Positions 1 to 9,395 are shown, counted from the first letter of the stretch. The stretch is DNA of 32,000 bases from Candidatus Omnitrophota bacterium (GCA_963662715.1 OY759724.1:630001-662000), one strand, 5' to 3'. The notes: generated by a model from the sequence alone, not told the origin. Program-made: numbers and translations.

Positions 1-323
1 TCATCGGTATCTTCGTATATCTCTTTCCCCCAGCGGCCGCCGCCGCCGACATTATTGACTAAAATATGTATCGTCCCCCACCTCCGGATCACCGCATCCA
101 TAACTTTGTAAACATCCGCTTCCGTTGTTACGTCGGCCTGCAGGGATAAAAAGTCGGCGCCCGTGTCCTGAAGTTCTTTCTTCATGGCAGACACCTTTTC
201 CTCTGTCCGTGAACAAACAGCGACCCGGCAACCTTCACGCGCCAAGGAAAAAGCGATCGCGCGTCCTATCCCGTGCGTCCCGCCGGATATAAAAGCTACC
301 TTATCTTTAAGCCCTAAGTCCAT
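1..323 (-). CDS. Short-chain dehydrogenase/reductase (classical SDR), N-terminal part only; the 3' end runs off the left window edge
   Basis: Not in the ORF track because it is truncated. My reverse-strand translation from ATG at 321-323 reads MDLGLKDKVAFISGGTHGIGRAIAFSLAREGCRVAVCSRTEEKVSAMKKELQ...ILVNNVGGGG. It has the GGxxGIG Rossmann motif and an NNVG motif. An AGGAA sequence sits 6 nt upstream of the ATG, and the upstream gene stops at 332. Confidence 0.8.
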   Translation of the reverse strand, partial: MDLGLKDKVAFISGGTHGIGRAIAFSLAREGCRVAVCSRTEEKVSAMKKELQDTGADFLSLQADVTTEADVYKVMDAVIRRWGTIHILVNNVGGGGRWGKEIYEDTD

Positions 324-331
324 GGAGATTC

Positions 332-1288
332 CTATGCTGTTTCCCTGTTGTTCCTGACCCAGTTCAAAACCCGTTCAGCCACATGATCCGCATCCAACCG
401 GTAATGACGATGAATGCTGTCCCTGCTGCTGGGTATTGTGCAATGGCTGTCCGGGCAGGCCAGTCTTTTCATCGGGACACCGCATCCCGCATCTGCCCTT
501 ATTTCAGCTAAAGCTGTTCCCAGCCCGCCGATCAAAGAATTTTCTTCCAGGGTCACGATCCTTTCGGCCCGCAACATCATATCAATCAAATCCGGTTCAT
601 TCAACGGTTTCACTTTGAAAACGTCGATAACCCTGACCGAAAGCCCTTCCCGGGCTAAAGATTCAGCCGCTTTAAGCGCTGTATGCACCATAAATCCGGT
701 CGAAAAGATAACGACATCCTGCCCCTCACGGACTTCGGACCAGCCTTTCTGAAGGTCATGGTTCCGGTCGTCGTAAAGCAGCGGCAGCTTCCCTTTTTCT
801 AACCGGATATACACCGGCCCGGGATGGTTGTACGCCCAGCGGACACTCGCCTCTGTTAAAACAGAATCCGTGGGATTAATGATTGTCATCCCGGGGAGCG
901 TCCGCATGACGGCGATATCATGCAGGGCATGATGGGTCGGCCCGTCGCCCCCGTACATAACGCCGGCACCTATGCCTATAATTGTCACCGGAAGGTTCAT
1001 CCCGGATAAATCCACTTTGATCTGTTCGTAACATCTTAGGGTGACAAAAGGCACAATACTGTAAATAAAAACATTCTTTCCGCCCAAGGCTAAACCGGCC
1101 GCCACACTCACCATATTCTGTTCGGCCACGCCGACATTGATATACTGCTCCGGAAGATTCTGTTTAAACCGTTCCAGACTAAAAGCGCCCATATCCGCGG
1201 TCATAAAAATAACATTCCTGTCCACCCGGGCCATCCGGAACAATTCGTCAAAGAAAGCGTCCCGGGTGTCTACGTCGGATATTTTCAT
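332..1288 (-). CDS. Transketolase-family ThDP enzyme, C-terminal subunit (pyrimidine-binding plus C-terminal domain)
   Basis: The sequence FMTADMGAFSLERF...YINVGVAEQNMVSVAAGLALGGKNVFIYSIVPF...DGPTHHALHDIAVMR is typical of the Pyr domain of split transketolases. The track ORF begins at a GTG (1306) that overlaps the upstream gene. The ATG at 1288 (MKISDVDTRDAFF) lies 4 nt after the upstream stop and is preferred. Confidence 0.85.
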   Translation of the reverse strand: MKISDVDTRDAFFDELFRMARVDRNVIFMTADMGAFSLERFKQNLPEQYINVGVAEQNMVSVAAGLALGGKNVFIYSIVPFVTLRCYEQIKVDLSGMNLPVTIIGIGAGVMYGGDGPTHHALHDIAVMRTLPGMTIINPTDSVLTEASVRWAYNHPGPVYIRLEKGKLPLLYDDRNHDLQKGWSEVREGQDVVIFSTGFMVHTALKAAESLAREGLSVRVIDVFKVKPLNEPDLIDMMLRAERIVTLEENSLIGGLGTALAEIRADAGCGVPMKRLACPDSHCTIPSSRDSIHRHYRLDADHVAERVLNWVRNNRETA

Positions 1289-1292
1289 ACAT

Positions 1293-2138
1293 TCAGTTCC
1301 GTTCACAATTCAGCAGCTCCTCAAGCTCGGTTCTGGCCTGCTCCACCTGCGCTTCTTTCGGGACCCCGTGGTGCCACTCCAGCCGGCTTTCCATAAAAGA
1401 AACACCTTTTCCTTTGACCGTATGGGCCACGATCATTAACGGTTTCCGGGAAGAACGCTGACGCACATCTCCCAAAACAGACAAAAGCTGACAGAAATCA
1501 TGTCCGTCCGCCTCCCGGACCTCCCAGCCGAAAGCGGACCACTTTTCCGCCAGCGGTTCCATCGCCGCACAGTCTTCCAGTCTGTCTGTCACACACATTT
1601 TATTATGATCAACGACAGCGATCAGATGGCTGAGATGATGTTGGGCGGCAAACATGGCCGACTCCCATACCGCCCCCTCGCAGCACTCGCCGTCTCCCAA
1701 TAAAACAAAAGTCAAAAATCCTGCCCCGTCCATCCTGGCGCTTAACGCCAGCCCGGCCCCGATCCCCAATCCGTGCCCCAGAGAACCGGTATCCGCCTCT
1801 ATCCCGGGGATGGATCTGTCAGGATGGCCTCCTAATATACAGTCCGGCTGCTGGTAACGCGACAGCTCCTCTTCCGGGAAAAAACCGCAATCCGCCAAGA
1901 TGGCATACAACGCTTCACACGAATGACCTTTACTGAGGATGAAACGGTCCCGGTCCGGCCAGGCAGGCTTTTGCGGATCAAACTTAAGGATCCCGCCGTA
2001 ATAAAGAGCCACGAGAATGTCCGTGCAGGAAAAAGAGCCGCCGATATGGCCTTTTCTGGCACGGGCTATCATCTCAAGCGTCTTGATGCGGATATTCTGG
2101 GCTTTGCGGAATAGGGGATGATTGGTCTTCTCTGTCAT
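1293..2138 (-). CDS. Transketolase-family ThDP enzyme, N-terminal (diphosphate-binding) subunit
   Basis: It has GHIGGSFSCTDIL, the SKGH motif, and the ThDP fold motif GDGECCEGAVWESAMFAAQHHLSHLIAVVDHN (GDG-X-N). At 281 aa it has the typical size of the N-terminal half of a split transketolase. Confidence 0.85.
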   Translation of the reverse strand: MTEKTNHPLFRKAQNIRIKTLEMIARARKGHIGGSFSCTDILVALYYGGILKFDPQKPAWPDRDRFILSKGHSCEALYAILADCGFFPEEELSRYQQPDCILGGHPDRSIPGIEADTGSLGHGLGIGAGLALSARMDGAGFLTFVLLGDGECCEGAVWESAMFAAQHHLSHLIAVVDHNKMCVTDRLEDCAAMEPLAEKWSAFGWEVREADGHDFCQLLSVLGDVRQRSSRKPLMIVAHTVKGKGVSFMESRLEWHHGVPKEAQVEQARTELEELLNCERN

Positions 2139-3656
2139 TCAATGAGCTCTTCTAAAAAAGGAAATCCGGACGTTTTTAATGACCCGCTGAACCACTCCTT
2201 CCAATTTTGTTGTGGTTCTCCCCTGGAAAGCATTGCGGACCATCTGCAGTATTCGCCGGGGATGGGTCAGAAGCATTAAAGCATAAAAATGACTTAAAAG
2301 CAAAAATCTCAAACTGCTGAGGGTCCGCGGGCCGAAGCGTTCAGACCAGGAGACCGCTTTACTCAAGTCGGCATACCCGAACAAGTTTAAAAAGTAATCG
2401 TCGGAAAGCGTCAGTTTCTTTTGCCGTAAGAAAGAGTCAAAAAGCTCTGATCCCGGATAAGGGATAAAAGGGAAAACATTGACTTCCTGCAACCCTTTCA
2501 CGGCTAAACGGGTCAACAGCCGATATGTTTTTAAGAAATCCTTCCACCCTTCCTCGGGCAGGCCGATGACGATATTCGTACTAAGATTCATGCCCACAGC
2601 CAATCCGTCTTCGATCAGCCGGAATATCTTCTGCGGGTCGTTCTTCTTCTTGACGCTTTTCAGGACGTTGAGCGACCCGGACTCGATCGCGAAATCCAAA
2701 TCCCGGCACCCGGCCTGATGCATCAGCCGCAGGACATCATAATCCACGGCCTCTGTCCTTAATGTCGGCAGCTGCCACGTCACATTGATTTTACGCTCTA
2801 TCAACTCCTCACACAAGCTTATTATGTTATCTTTTCTCATCACCGCCGTCAAATCCGAAAAGACAAAATTATCCGCCCCGTATTCACGGATATACGTCTC
2901 CATTTCATCAACCACGTCTTTGGCTTCCCGGGGGATCCAGGGCCGGCCCCACATATTCTTGTTTGAACAAAAGGTACATTGATAGGGGCACCCGCGGGTG
3001 GCCAGGATAGGGATTGTACGTCCGCGCCGGATATGATAGTTATAGCCGCGCGACAGATAGTGGTCCAGCGGAAGCAGGTCCCAGGCCGGCCAGGGGATGG
3101 CTCCGATATCCCTGATTCTCGGAGCCCGGGGAGTGCGCATATATCCCTCCTGTTCCGGTTTCCGGATCATCAAACTCGGCACGTCGGCAAAGTCTGCCTG
3201 CTGATCTATCGCATCCAGAAGCCGCACAATAACATCCTCTCCTTCCCCCAGGACGCAGATATCCAGTTCCGGGCAATCGTTCAAGCTGTATTCCGGCAAA
3301 GCTGTTATGTGTTCCCCCCCGGCGAAAAAAACGCTCCCCGGGAATAACCGGCGGACATGCTGAATCAAATCACGGTGAAAAGGCCAGTCCTGGGAAAACA
3401 TGCACGTAAAGCCGAAAACTTTTGAAGGGGAAAGACGGTCCTTCAGGCCCGCGAAGCTCATGCCGTATTGTATAAATCTGCCGTGGACAATCTCCGTACG
3501 GCTGATGTCTTCCCCGCACATATCGACAATATCCACGTCATGCCCCGCGGCCCGCAAAGCAGCCCCGACATAGGCGATACCGAGGTAGGGGACTAACTGG
3601 GCGCCCATAAAACCCCTGCTGCTGTAAGCAGGAGGACGGATAAGAGTCACTTTCAT
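2139..3656 (-). CDS. Radical SAM enzyme with an N-terminal B12-binding-type domain (class B rSAM, methyltransferase-like)
   Basis: The N terminus MKVTLIRPP...LGIAYVGAALRAAGHDVDIVD has the Rossmann-like pattern of a B12-binding domain. The CxxxCxxC cluster is ATRGCPYQCTFCS at aa 223-230. The gene abuts the downstream gene with no gap. Confidence 0.8.
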   Translation of the reverse strand: MKVTLIRPPAYSSRGFMGAQLVPYLGIAYVGAALRAAGHDVDIVDMCGEDISRTEIVHGRFIQYGMSFAGLKDRLSPSKVFGFTCMFSQDWPFHRDLIQHVRRLFPGSVFFAGGEHITALPEYSLNDCPELDICVLGEGEDVIVRLLDAIDQQADFADVPSLMIRKPEQEGYMRTPRAPRIRDIGAIPWPAWDLLPLDHYLSRGYNYHIRRGRTIPILATRGCPYQCTFCSNKNMWGRPWIPREAKDVVDEMETYIREYGADNFVFSDLTAVMRKDNIISLCEELIERKINVTWQLPTLRTEAVDYDVLRLMHQAGCRDLDFAIESGSLNVLKSVKKKNDPQKIFRLIEDGLAVGMNLSTNIVIGLPEEGWKDFLKTYRLLTRLAVKGLQEVNVFPFIPYPGSELFDSFLRQKKLTLSDDYFLNLFGYADLSKAVSWSERFGPRTLSSLRFLLLSHFYALMLLTHPRRILQMVRNAFQGRTTTKLEGVVQRVIKNVRISFFRRAH

Positions 3657-3663
3657 GATGAGC

Positions 3664-4704
3664 TTATACTTTCAAATCTTCCGTACTGCAACAACTAGAT
3701 CCTCTGTTTTTTCTATAGATCGGATGGCCCCACATCTGGTGGATCAGATTTTTAAGGCCGTTGTCTTTGACATTTCCGAATGTATGCGGGAAGGCCACAC
3801 AAAGCTGAATATCTCCGTAAGGGGAAATATTCAGTATGCGCCCGCTTAACGCCTGGCAGACCTTTGTCTTTCCTTTTACGGAATAGGCGCCCTCAATAAA
3901 GGCAAAAGACGGGTCCATATGTTCGATCACAAATTTTTTTTCCTGTTCCGACAACTCGATTTCTTTCTTTTTAACCCATTCTCCGGCGATGATCGGGAAA
4001 AGGATCCGGATCCCGGTAGCTTTCAGTGCCTTGGCCAAAGAGATGATCGCACTAAGCGGGCTGTCGTCATGCAAAGCGGCAAAATTTTTTATTCTGCGGC
4101 GGGTCGCATAGGTTGAAGCAATGCACGGGATCCCTTCTTCATGACACATGCGGATGCCCTCAATCGCTTTCAGATACACGCCCGGCAACCCGCGGAGGCG
4201 GTCATGCTCTTCTTCGTCCACACTGTCCAAGCTCACATTAATACAGCTGATCCCCGCCTGTTTCAAATCCAGAATCATCTGGCGGTTGAGCATCCAGGCG
4301 TTTGTGGTCAAAGAGATATACAAACCCAGTTCTTCTCCGTAACGCACCAACTCAACAATATCTTTCCGCAGAAGAGGTTCTCCTCCGAAATAATCGACCT
4401 TAGGGATACCCATAGCCACGGCCTGATCGAGAATGTGTTTAATCTCTTCTGTTTTTAACTCCCTGTGCAGATCCGCGTCACTGAAATAATTGGAAACCGA
4501 ACAGTGCTTGCACCGGCAATTACAGCGGTATGTCACGGAAAGTTCAATAAGCCAGGGGACCTTTTTCCTGAAAATATTCGTCAATACCCAGTACCGGGCC
4601 ATGATATAAGCTTTCTTCGGTGTCATGCGGCTTAAGCCGACCCGGGCATAAAGGCGTATCATCCCCAGAAAACGTTTAAAATTTCTTCCATAACTGCTCA
4701 TCAT
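3664..4704 (-). CDS. Radical SAM enzyme with a C-terminal twitch/SPASM-like Cys motif
   Basis: It has the SVTYRCNCRCKHCS cluster, a GGEPLL SAM-binding motif, and the C-terminal CQALSGRILNISPYGDIQLC, which fits CX13GX4C. A strong SD (AAGGAG) lies 3-6 nt before the ATGATG start. Confidence 0.8.
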   Translation of the reverse strand: MMSSYGRNFKRFLGMIRLYARVGLSRMTPKKAYIMARYWVLTNIFRKKVPWLIELSVTYRCNCRCKHCSVSNYFSDADLHRELKTEEIKHILDQAVAMGIPKVDYFGGEPLLRKDIVELVRYGEELGLYISLTTNAWMLNRQMILDLKQAGISCINVSLDSVDEEEHDRLRGLPGVYLKAIEGIRMCHEEGIPCIASTYATRRRIKNFAALHDDSPLSAIISLAKALKATGIRILFPIIAGEWVKKKEIELSEQEKKFVIEHMDPSFAFIEGAYSVKGKTKVCQALSGRILNISPYGDIQLCVAFPHTFGNVKDNGLKNLIHQMWGHPIYRKNRGSSCCSTEDLKV

Positions 4705-4861
4705 TTACTCCTTCTTCTGTGACCGATATTGAACTCGGATATTAAAATAAAGAGGCACCCCTCCAGAGAAACGGGCTGAGGGTTTGACGGATATTTCTTC
4801 CATCATATATAATCTCATATAAAATACAACCTTTATAGCGAAAAAGTAACTTAAAACAGGC

Positions 4862-4898
4862 AAGAAAAACCGGCAGCCCCTTTCCATGAAGTGGCTGC
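4862..4898 (-). terminator. Weak terminator-like hairpin just after the stop of the 4905-5942 gene
   Basis: On the minus strand, GCAGCC (4873-4878) pairs with GGCTGC (4893-4898) around a 14-nt loop. It is followed by CGG TTTTT CTTG. The stem is only 6 bp and the loop is large, so at best this is a partial terminator or attenuator. Confidence 0.3.
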
Positions 4899-4904
4899 GG
4901 CGCA

Positions 4905-5942
4905 TCATTTCAACTTTTTCTTAAAACGTTCAAGGACAATCCGGGTCGCATTATAAATGGATCCGACTCTTAAGCCGAATATCAAGTTCAGATCATTGCA
5001 GCAGACATTCTGACATGCCTGGCAGGGGTTCCGGCTCAAATGCTCCCAGCTCTTCTTAAATCCCACCTCCAAAAAATTACAGGGCTTATATTTATTGACA
5101 AGCACAACACACGGATAAACATCCCCGTTCGCCTCTATATGACAGCCGAAACGTTTAATATAACACGGAAAAGGCCGGTATCCTTCCGGCAACCGGTCCC
5201 AGATGATCTGCTGTTTGCTTTCCAAAGGCCAGCGCAGGTAATGACTGTATGACTCTTTGGAAAAAAAGACCGGCTCCCCTTTTTCTTTTAAAGCAATGAT
5301 TTTCTTCACAAGGCTTTTCAACTCATCATCCGGGATGCTGACGGATTTATCCGGGGAATCCTCTTCCCTTAACAGGCTGAACTGCACACGCGTCCCGAAC
5401 CTCCCGGCCAGCGATAAAAGCTCTTCAATGGATTCCGTATTGTTTTTGGTTAAAACCGTATGCAGGTGGAATTTGATGTTCTCTCTTTTAAGACATTCCA
5501 ACCCCTGCATAATCCGCTGATAAGTCCCCTGCCCCCTGTTCAGATCGTTCCTCTCTCCGATGCCGTCCAGGCTCACGGCAATGGAATCAATTTTTCTCAA
5601 AACCGGGATACGGGACGGGATCAAAAGGCCGTTTGTGCTGAGATGACACAGCAAGCCTTTGGATTTGATTTTATCAACGATCTCCGCGATATCCGTCCGT
5701 AAAAGAGCTTCTCCGCCGTTAAGGGAAATATACTTTGTGCCTAACCGGTGAAGTTCATCAATCAGCTCAAAAATTCTTTCTTTGGGTATCTCCTGGGTGT
5801 TCCGGTCGTAATATTCGGCATAACAATAAACACAGCGGATATTACAGCGGTTTGTGACGCACAGCGTGACAAAGATAGGGACTCTTCGACGCAAGAACCG
5901 CGCTTTGCCGATAGCCCACAAATAAGCGACATATTTTTTCAT
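4905..5942 (-). CDS. Radical SAM enzyme with a full SPASM-type C-terminal domain
   Basis: It has the CVTNRCNIRCVYCY cluster and NGGEALL. The C terminus carries CYIKRFGCHIEANGDVYPC (CX12GX4C) followed by CQACQNVCC. Its N-terminal region is paralogous to 3664-4704: ...RRRVPIFVTLCVTNRC against ...RKKVPWLIELSVTYRC. Confidence 0.8.
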   Translation of the reverse strand: MKKYVAYLWAIGKARFLRRRVPIFVTLCVTNRCNIRCVYCYAEYYDRNTQEIPKERIFELIDELHRLGTKYISLNGGEALLRTDIAEIVDKIKSKGLLCHLSTNGLLIPSRIPVLRKIDSIAVSLDGIGERNDLNRGQGTYQRIMQGLECLKRENIKFHLHTVLTKNNTESIEELLSLAGRFGTRVQFSLLREEDSPDKSVSIPDDELKSLVKKIIALKEKGEPVFFSKESYSHYLRWPLESKQQIIWDRLPEGYRPFPCYIKRFGCHIEANGDVYPCVVLVNKYKPCNFLEVGFKKSWEHLSRNPCQACQNVCCNDLNLIFGLRVGSIYNATRIVLERFKKKLK

Positions 5943-5955
5943 AACGGTGCAACCA

Positions 5956-7422
5956 TCATTGTTTTAAACGGCATTTCAGCATGCCGAAAAATTTTCCTAT
6001 CATATCCCCGTTCACCACGCCATCCGGGGACACCCATTCTTTTATGAGTGTCGGCCAGTGGTAACGGATAAAACCGAGGTACAATTCTTTTTGCCAGCGC
6101 GCCAAATCGTCCGGGGTGAAATCCGGGGTTCTTAAAAGCGATGAAAACAGCTCAACCCGGTTTTCATCCTCGGCCGAAGATTCGACCAGCCAGCCTTTCT
6201 CTTTGCATTCATCATAAAGTTCGGTTTTGGGATAAGGCGTAAATATCCCGACCGTAATAAGGCTCAAAGGCAGACGCGCCATAAGAGCTTTGCTTTCTTC
6301 AAAATCAGCGCGCGTTTCCCCCGGGGCCCCAACCAGGAAATAACCGATCGTCGGGATCCCGGCGTCACGGAACCAGTGAAAAACCTGTTCGATTTTTTCC
6401 ATGCTCAGCCCCTTGCGGTACACCTGGTTTCGGATGCGCTCACTGCCGGACTCAATCGCCAGGCACACGCTGGTGCACCCGGAGGCTTTCATCAGACGCA
6501 CCAATTCTTCATCGATACTTTTTATGCTGAGGCCGTTATGAAAATTATATTTCACCGGCCATTTCTGATCGATAATGCCCTGGCAGACGGCTTTGGCCCT
6601 TTTTAAATCCAGGCTGAAATTATCATCAATAAAATAAAAATGATAAACGTCAAAACGCTCCATCAGATATTTCAATTCGCTTAACACGTTCTGCGCCGAG
6701 CGCGGCCGCCATCTCCGGCCGTGGGTCAGGTACATATTACAAAAACGGCACCGGTTCGGGCAACTGCGGGAGGACAAGACCGGCAGACAGGGTGTCGGCA
6801 ATTCAAATATGCGTCTCTGGTATTTAAAGTACTCTTTCAGGTCTGCAAGATGCCAGGCCGGGAAAGGGATATCATCCAGTCTTTCATTATAAGCCTGCTT
6901 TTCTATGATGATATTCCGCTGATCCTGCCGGAAGGCGATCCCGTCGACCCGCCGGCAGGATTCCGTTAAACTTAACCCGGAGGCAAGACCGTCAATGACA
7001 TGGAGAAACGTAAGTTCGGCTTCCCCCAGGATAATGATATCAACCGCCTGGCATTGTTCAAGACAGTATTCCCATTCACTGGTGGGAAACAATCCCCCGA
7101 CAGCGACCGGAACTTCCGGCCGGGCCTGTTTGACCTGAGAGGCAATCCGGGCCACAAACCGCCAGCGCGCCGTAAAAGAACAGGTGATCCCCACAAAATC
7201 ATAGTCCTCATGTTTTAAAAAATCTTCCACATCCGCGTCCCCGAGGCCGTAACGGTAGACCCGGCCGCTTGAACGGACCGGCCCTAAAGACGCGTCATAA
7301 ACTTTGACCGTATGCCCCCCTTTTTCCAGCATGGCCGCCAGATAAAATAACGCCATGGACGGGGCCCGGGAATCAAATTCATTGCTGTGGGTATACTGGG
7401 GATAGATCAGCAGAATTTTCAA
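5956..7422 (-). CDS. Radical SAM enzyme with an N-terminal B12-binding-type domain (second class B rSAM)
   Basis: It has (M)KILLIYPQ...FYLAAMLEKGGHTVKVYD and the cluster SSRSCPNRCRFCN. The start codon is TTG at 7420-7422, preceded by a perfect AGGAGG (7430-7435) at 7-nt spacing. The next in-frame Met would delete the conserved first beta-strand. Confidence 0.8.
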   Translation of the reverse strand: MKILLIYPQYTHSNEFDSRAPSMALFYLAAMLEKGGHTVKVYDASLGPVRSSGRVYRYGLGDADVEDFLKHEDYDFVGITCSFTARWRFVARIASQVKQARPEVPVAVGGLFPTSEWEYCLEQCQAVDIIILGEAELTFLHVIDGLASGLSLTESCRRVDGIAFRQDQRNIIIEKQAYNERLDDIPFPAWHLADLKEYFKYQRRIFELPTPCLPVLSSRSCPNRCRFCNMYLTHGRRWRPRSAQNVLSELKYLMERFDVYHFYFIDDNFSLDLKRAKAVCQGIIDQKWPVKYNFHNGLSIKSIDEELVRLMKASGCTSVCLAIESGSERIRNQVYRKGLSMEKIEQVFHWFRDAGIPTIGYFLVGAPGETRADFEESKALMARLPLSLITVGIFTPYPKTELYDECKEKGWLVESSAEDENRVELFSSLLRTPDFTPDDLARWQKELYLGFIRYHWPTLIKEWVSPDGVVNGDMIGKFFGMLKCRLKQ

Positions 7423-8291
7423 AGGGCGGCCTCCTGCCGAAAAATTCCATTTTCTTCAGCATAACGGGTCATGTCGTCCCGGAGATGCAGGCGTTTGGTC
7501 GAACAATCCCAGCAGAAATAATGCCCGTTACAGCACGCCACACGGGCTTTTTCATATTTACCGCAGTCCAGACATTGAAAAGTCTCTTTCAGCAGCCGGA
7601 CACTCATGGACTTTCCGCAGGCCAGACAAAGCGTGGCATGCAAAGGACACGGTTCCAAATCCCGGTATTTCAAAAAATTCTTCACGATGAATTTCAAAGG
7701 CAGAGGCAAAGGCTGTCCGACAACTCGGGTTTTCCCCTGCCGGATTGTCTCGAGGATCAAATCACGCCGGTCCGTCAGGACCTCCGTATAAGCCTGTCCG
7801 ATAAACCGCGTATCTGTCGTATCGCTCCCTCCCACCTGCCCTAACCGGGTCTGCCGGGCCAGGCGTTTAGCCAGATAATTATAAAAATAAACGCTCCCGA
7901 TGGACGCGTTATAGACTTCGACGGCATCAAAGGGCAGCTTCCGCACTCTCCGCCCCAGTCCCAGGTGAAGGTACGGGTGGACCGCAACGGCCACGCCGCC
8001 CTGTTCATGAATCTGCTTTAATGTTTCTTCCGCACTCATAAAATCCGCGATCTTGTTTTTCAGACCCAAAGCAATGACATGCCCCGCAGATGTCCATATC
8101 TCCTGCCCCACAATGATCACAAAATCAGGAAGTCTTTCCTGCAACCACCGGGCATGCGTCAGGTTGAAAAAATTCGTTACCGCGATCCCGTCTATATTCC
8201 TGCGGGTCAATGACTCCCTTAAAAGGAATTCATTCATAAAAGTCTGCCCAAAGGACTGGGTATGAATATGTAAATCCAGCGTAAAAGACAT
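7419..8291 (-). CDS. PHP-family metal-dependent phosphoesterase fused to a C-terminal Cys-rich zinc-ribbon region
   Basis: The N terminus LDLHIHTQSF is the HxH metal motif of PHP domains, with further His/Asp positions (AVHPY, GGSDT). The C-terminal ~60 aa read CPLHATLCLACGK...CLDCGK...CCNGHYFCWDCS. An AAGGAG SD sits 5 nt upstream of the ATG. Confidence 0.7.
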   Translation of the reverse strand: MSFTLDLHIHTQSFGQTFMNEFLLRESLTRRNIDGIAVTNFFNLTHARWLQERLPDFVIIVGQEIWTSAGHVIALGLKNKIADFMSAEETLKQIHEQGGVAVAVHPYLHLGLGRRVRKLPFDAVEVYNASIGSVYFYNYLAKRLARQTRLGQVGGSDTTDTRFIGQAYTEVLTDRRDLILETIRQGKTRVVGQPLPLPLKFIVKNFLKYRDLEPCPLHATLCLACGKSMSVRLLKETFQCLDCGKYEKARVACCNGHYFCWDCSTKRLHLRDDMTRYAEENGIFRQEAAL

Positions 8292-8300
8292 ATCGTCTCC

Positions 8301-9395
8301 TTATCCGGAAGCTGCCCGCCGGCTGCGCCAGGCGATGCGGGCCATCTCGAAAACAATGCCCGGATAGTAACGGGGCGTTAACATAATCGTATTGGACATA
8401 GGCAGGCCCCAGTGACACGTACATTTTGAATCCTTCATCTTCTGCTGAAACTGCCTCATCTCTTCCGAATGAAGAACCTTTCCCAGGTCATAACCGTTCG
8501 ATCTCAACTGCCCCACAGGCTGCCATAAAGGTTCACAGGGGAAAACGGCCCCGGTCTCTCCGATAACAATCACCGATTGGCCGGCCCGGCAGGTTTTATA
8601 CATGTCTTTCGTATTTAAAACCTGTTTCAAGAAATCATTTTTAACGATCCGCAAAGCCATCGTAAAGATCGAATGAAAATCAAACACGGTTTTGGCCCGG
8701 GCCTGTGCGCGGAACCGGTCGCAGAACTGGAAATATCTTTCCCAGTTAAAAGACATGGCCTCGGCATTGGAGACGCTGCCATGCGCGACGGAAAAAACGA
8801 CCCGGTCAAATTCGCTGAAATCGTTATCCAGGATACGGAACAGATCATCCATATGATCCTGATTATAATGCGAATAAACGACACAGGCTTTTAGGCGGAG
8901 ATTCCTGTACTTTTGCTTCAAGGGGATCAAGCGCTGATATGTCTGCCGGGCCCGTTTAAAGCCGTCTTTCAGTCCGCGGATATGGTCATGGACCTCGGGC
9001 GGACCGTCCAGGGACAATTGCAAGTCAACAACCATGTTCGGGCATGCCCGGGCTGTTTTCTCCACCTGGGAAACAATGTCGTCCGGGAAATAACCGTTTG
9101 TAGGAAGGTCCACGACAACAGGGGCGCAATGGCGGTAAAGGATTTCAATAATATGATGCAGGTCCTTGCGGAGGAATGGTTCTCCCCCGGAAATCCCCAA
9201 AACATTAATAAAGGGGATACGGCCGGCGATACGCTCATATTCATCAACGGTCAGCTCATCCTTGGCCGCATTGCTGTCCATGTTCTCTTTATAAAAACAC
9301 ATTTTACACGTCGCATTACAGCGGGCCGTGACAAAAAATATCACGTAAGAAGGGAAACTTCCGGTTTTGAAAAAACGGAGGATTTTATGTGTCAC
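8301..9395 (-). CDS. Radical SAM enzyme with a SPASM/twitch-like motif
   Basis: It has the VTARCNATCKMCF cluster, SGGEPFL, and CRAGQSVIVIGETGAVFPC (CX12GX4C). The track ORF starts at a GTG at 9419. I prefer the GTG at 9393-9395 because AGGAGA (9402-9407) lies 6-7 nt upstream. Either start overlaps the end of the upstream SDR gene, by 11 or 35 nt. Confidence 0.75.
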   Translation of the reverse strand: MTHKILRFFKTGSFPSYVIFFVTARCNATCKMCFYKENMDSNAAKDELTVDEYERIAGRIPFINVLGISGGEPFLRKDLHHIIEILYRHCAPVVVDLPTNGYFPDDIVSQVEKTARACPNMVVDLQLSLDGPPEVHDHIRGLKDGFKRARQTYQRLIPLKQKYRNLRLKACVVYSHYNQDHMDDLFRILDNDFSEFDRVVFSVAHGSVSNAEAMSFNWERYFQFCDRFRAQARAKTVFDFHSIFTMALRIVKNDFLKQVLNTKDMYKTCRAGQSVIVIGETGAVFPCEPLWQPVGQLRSNGYDLGKVLHSEEMRQFQQKMKDSKCTCHWGLPMSNTIMLTPRYYPGIVFEMARIAWRSRRAASG

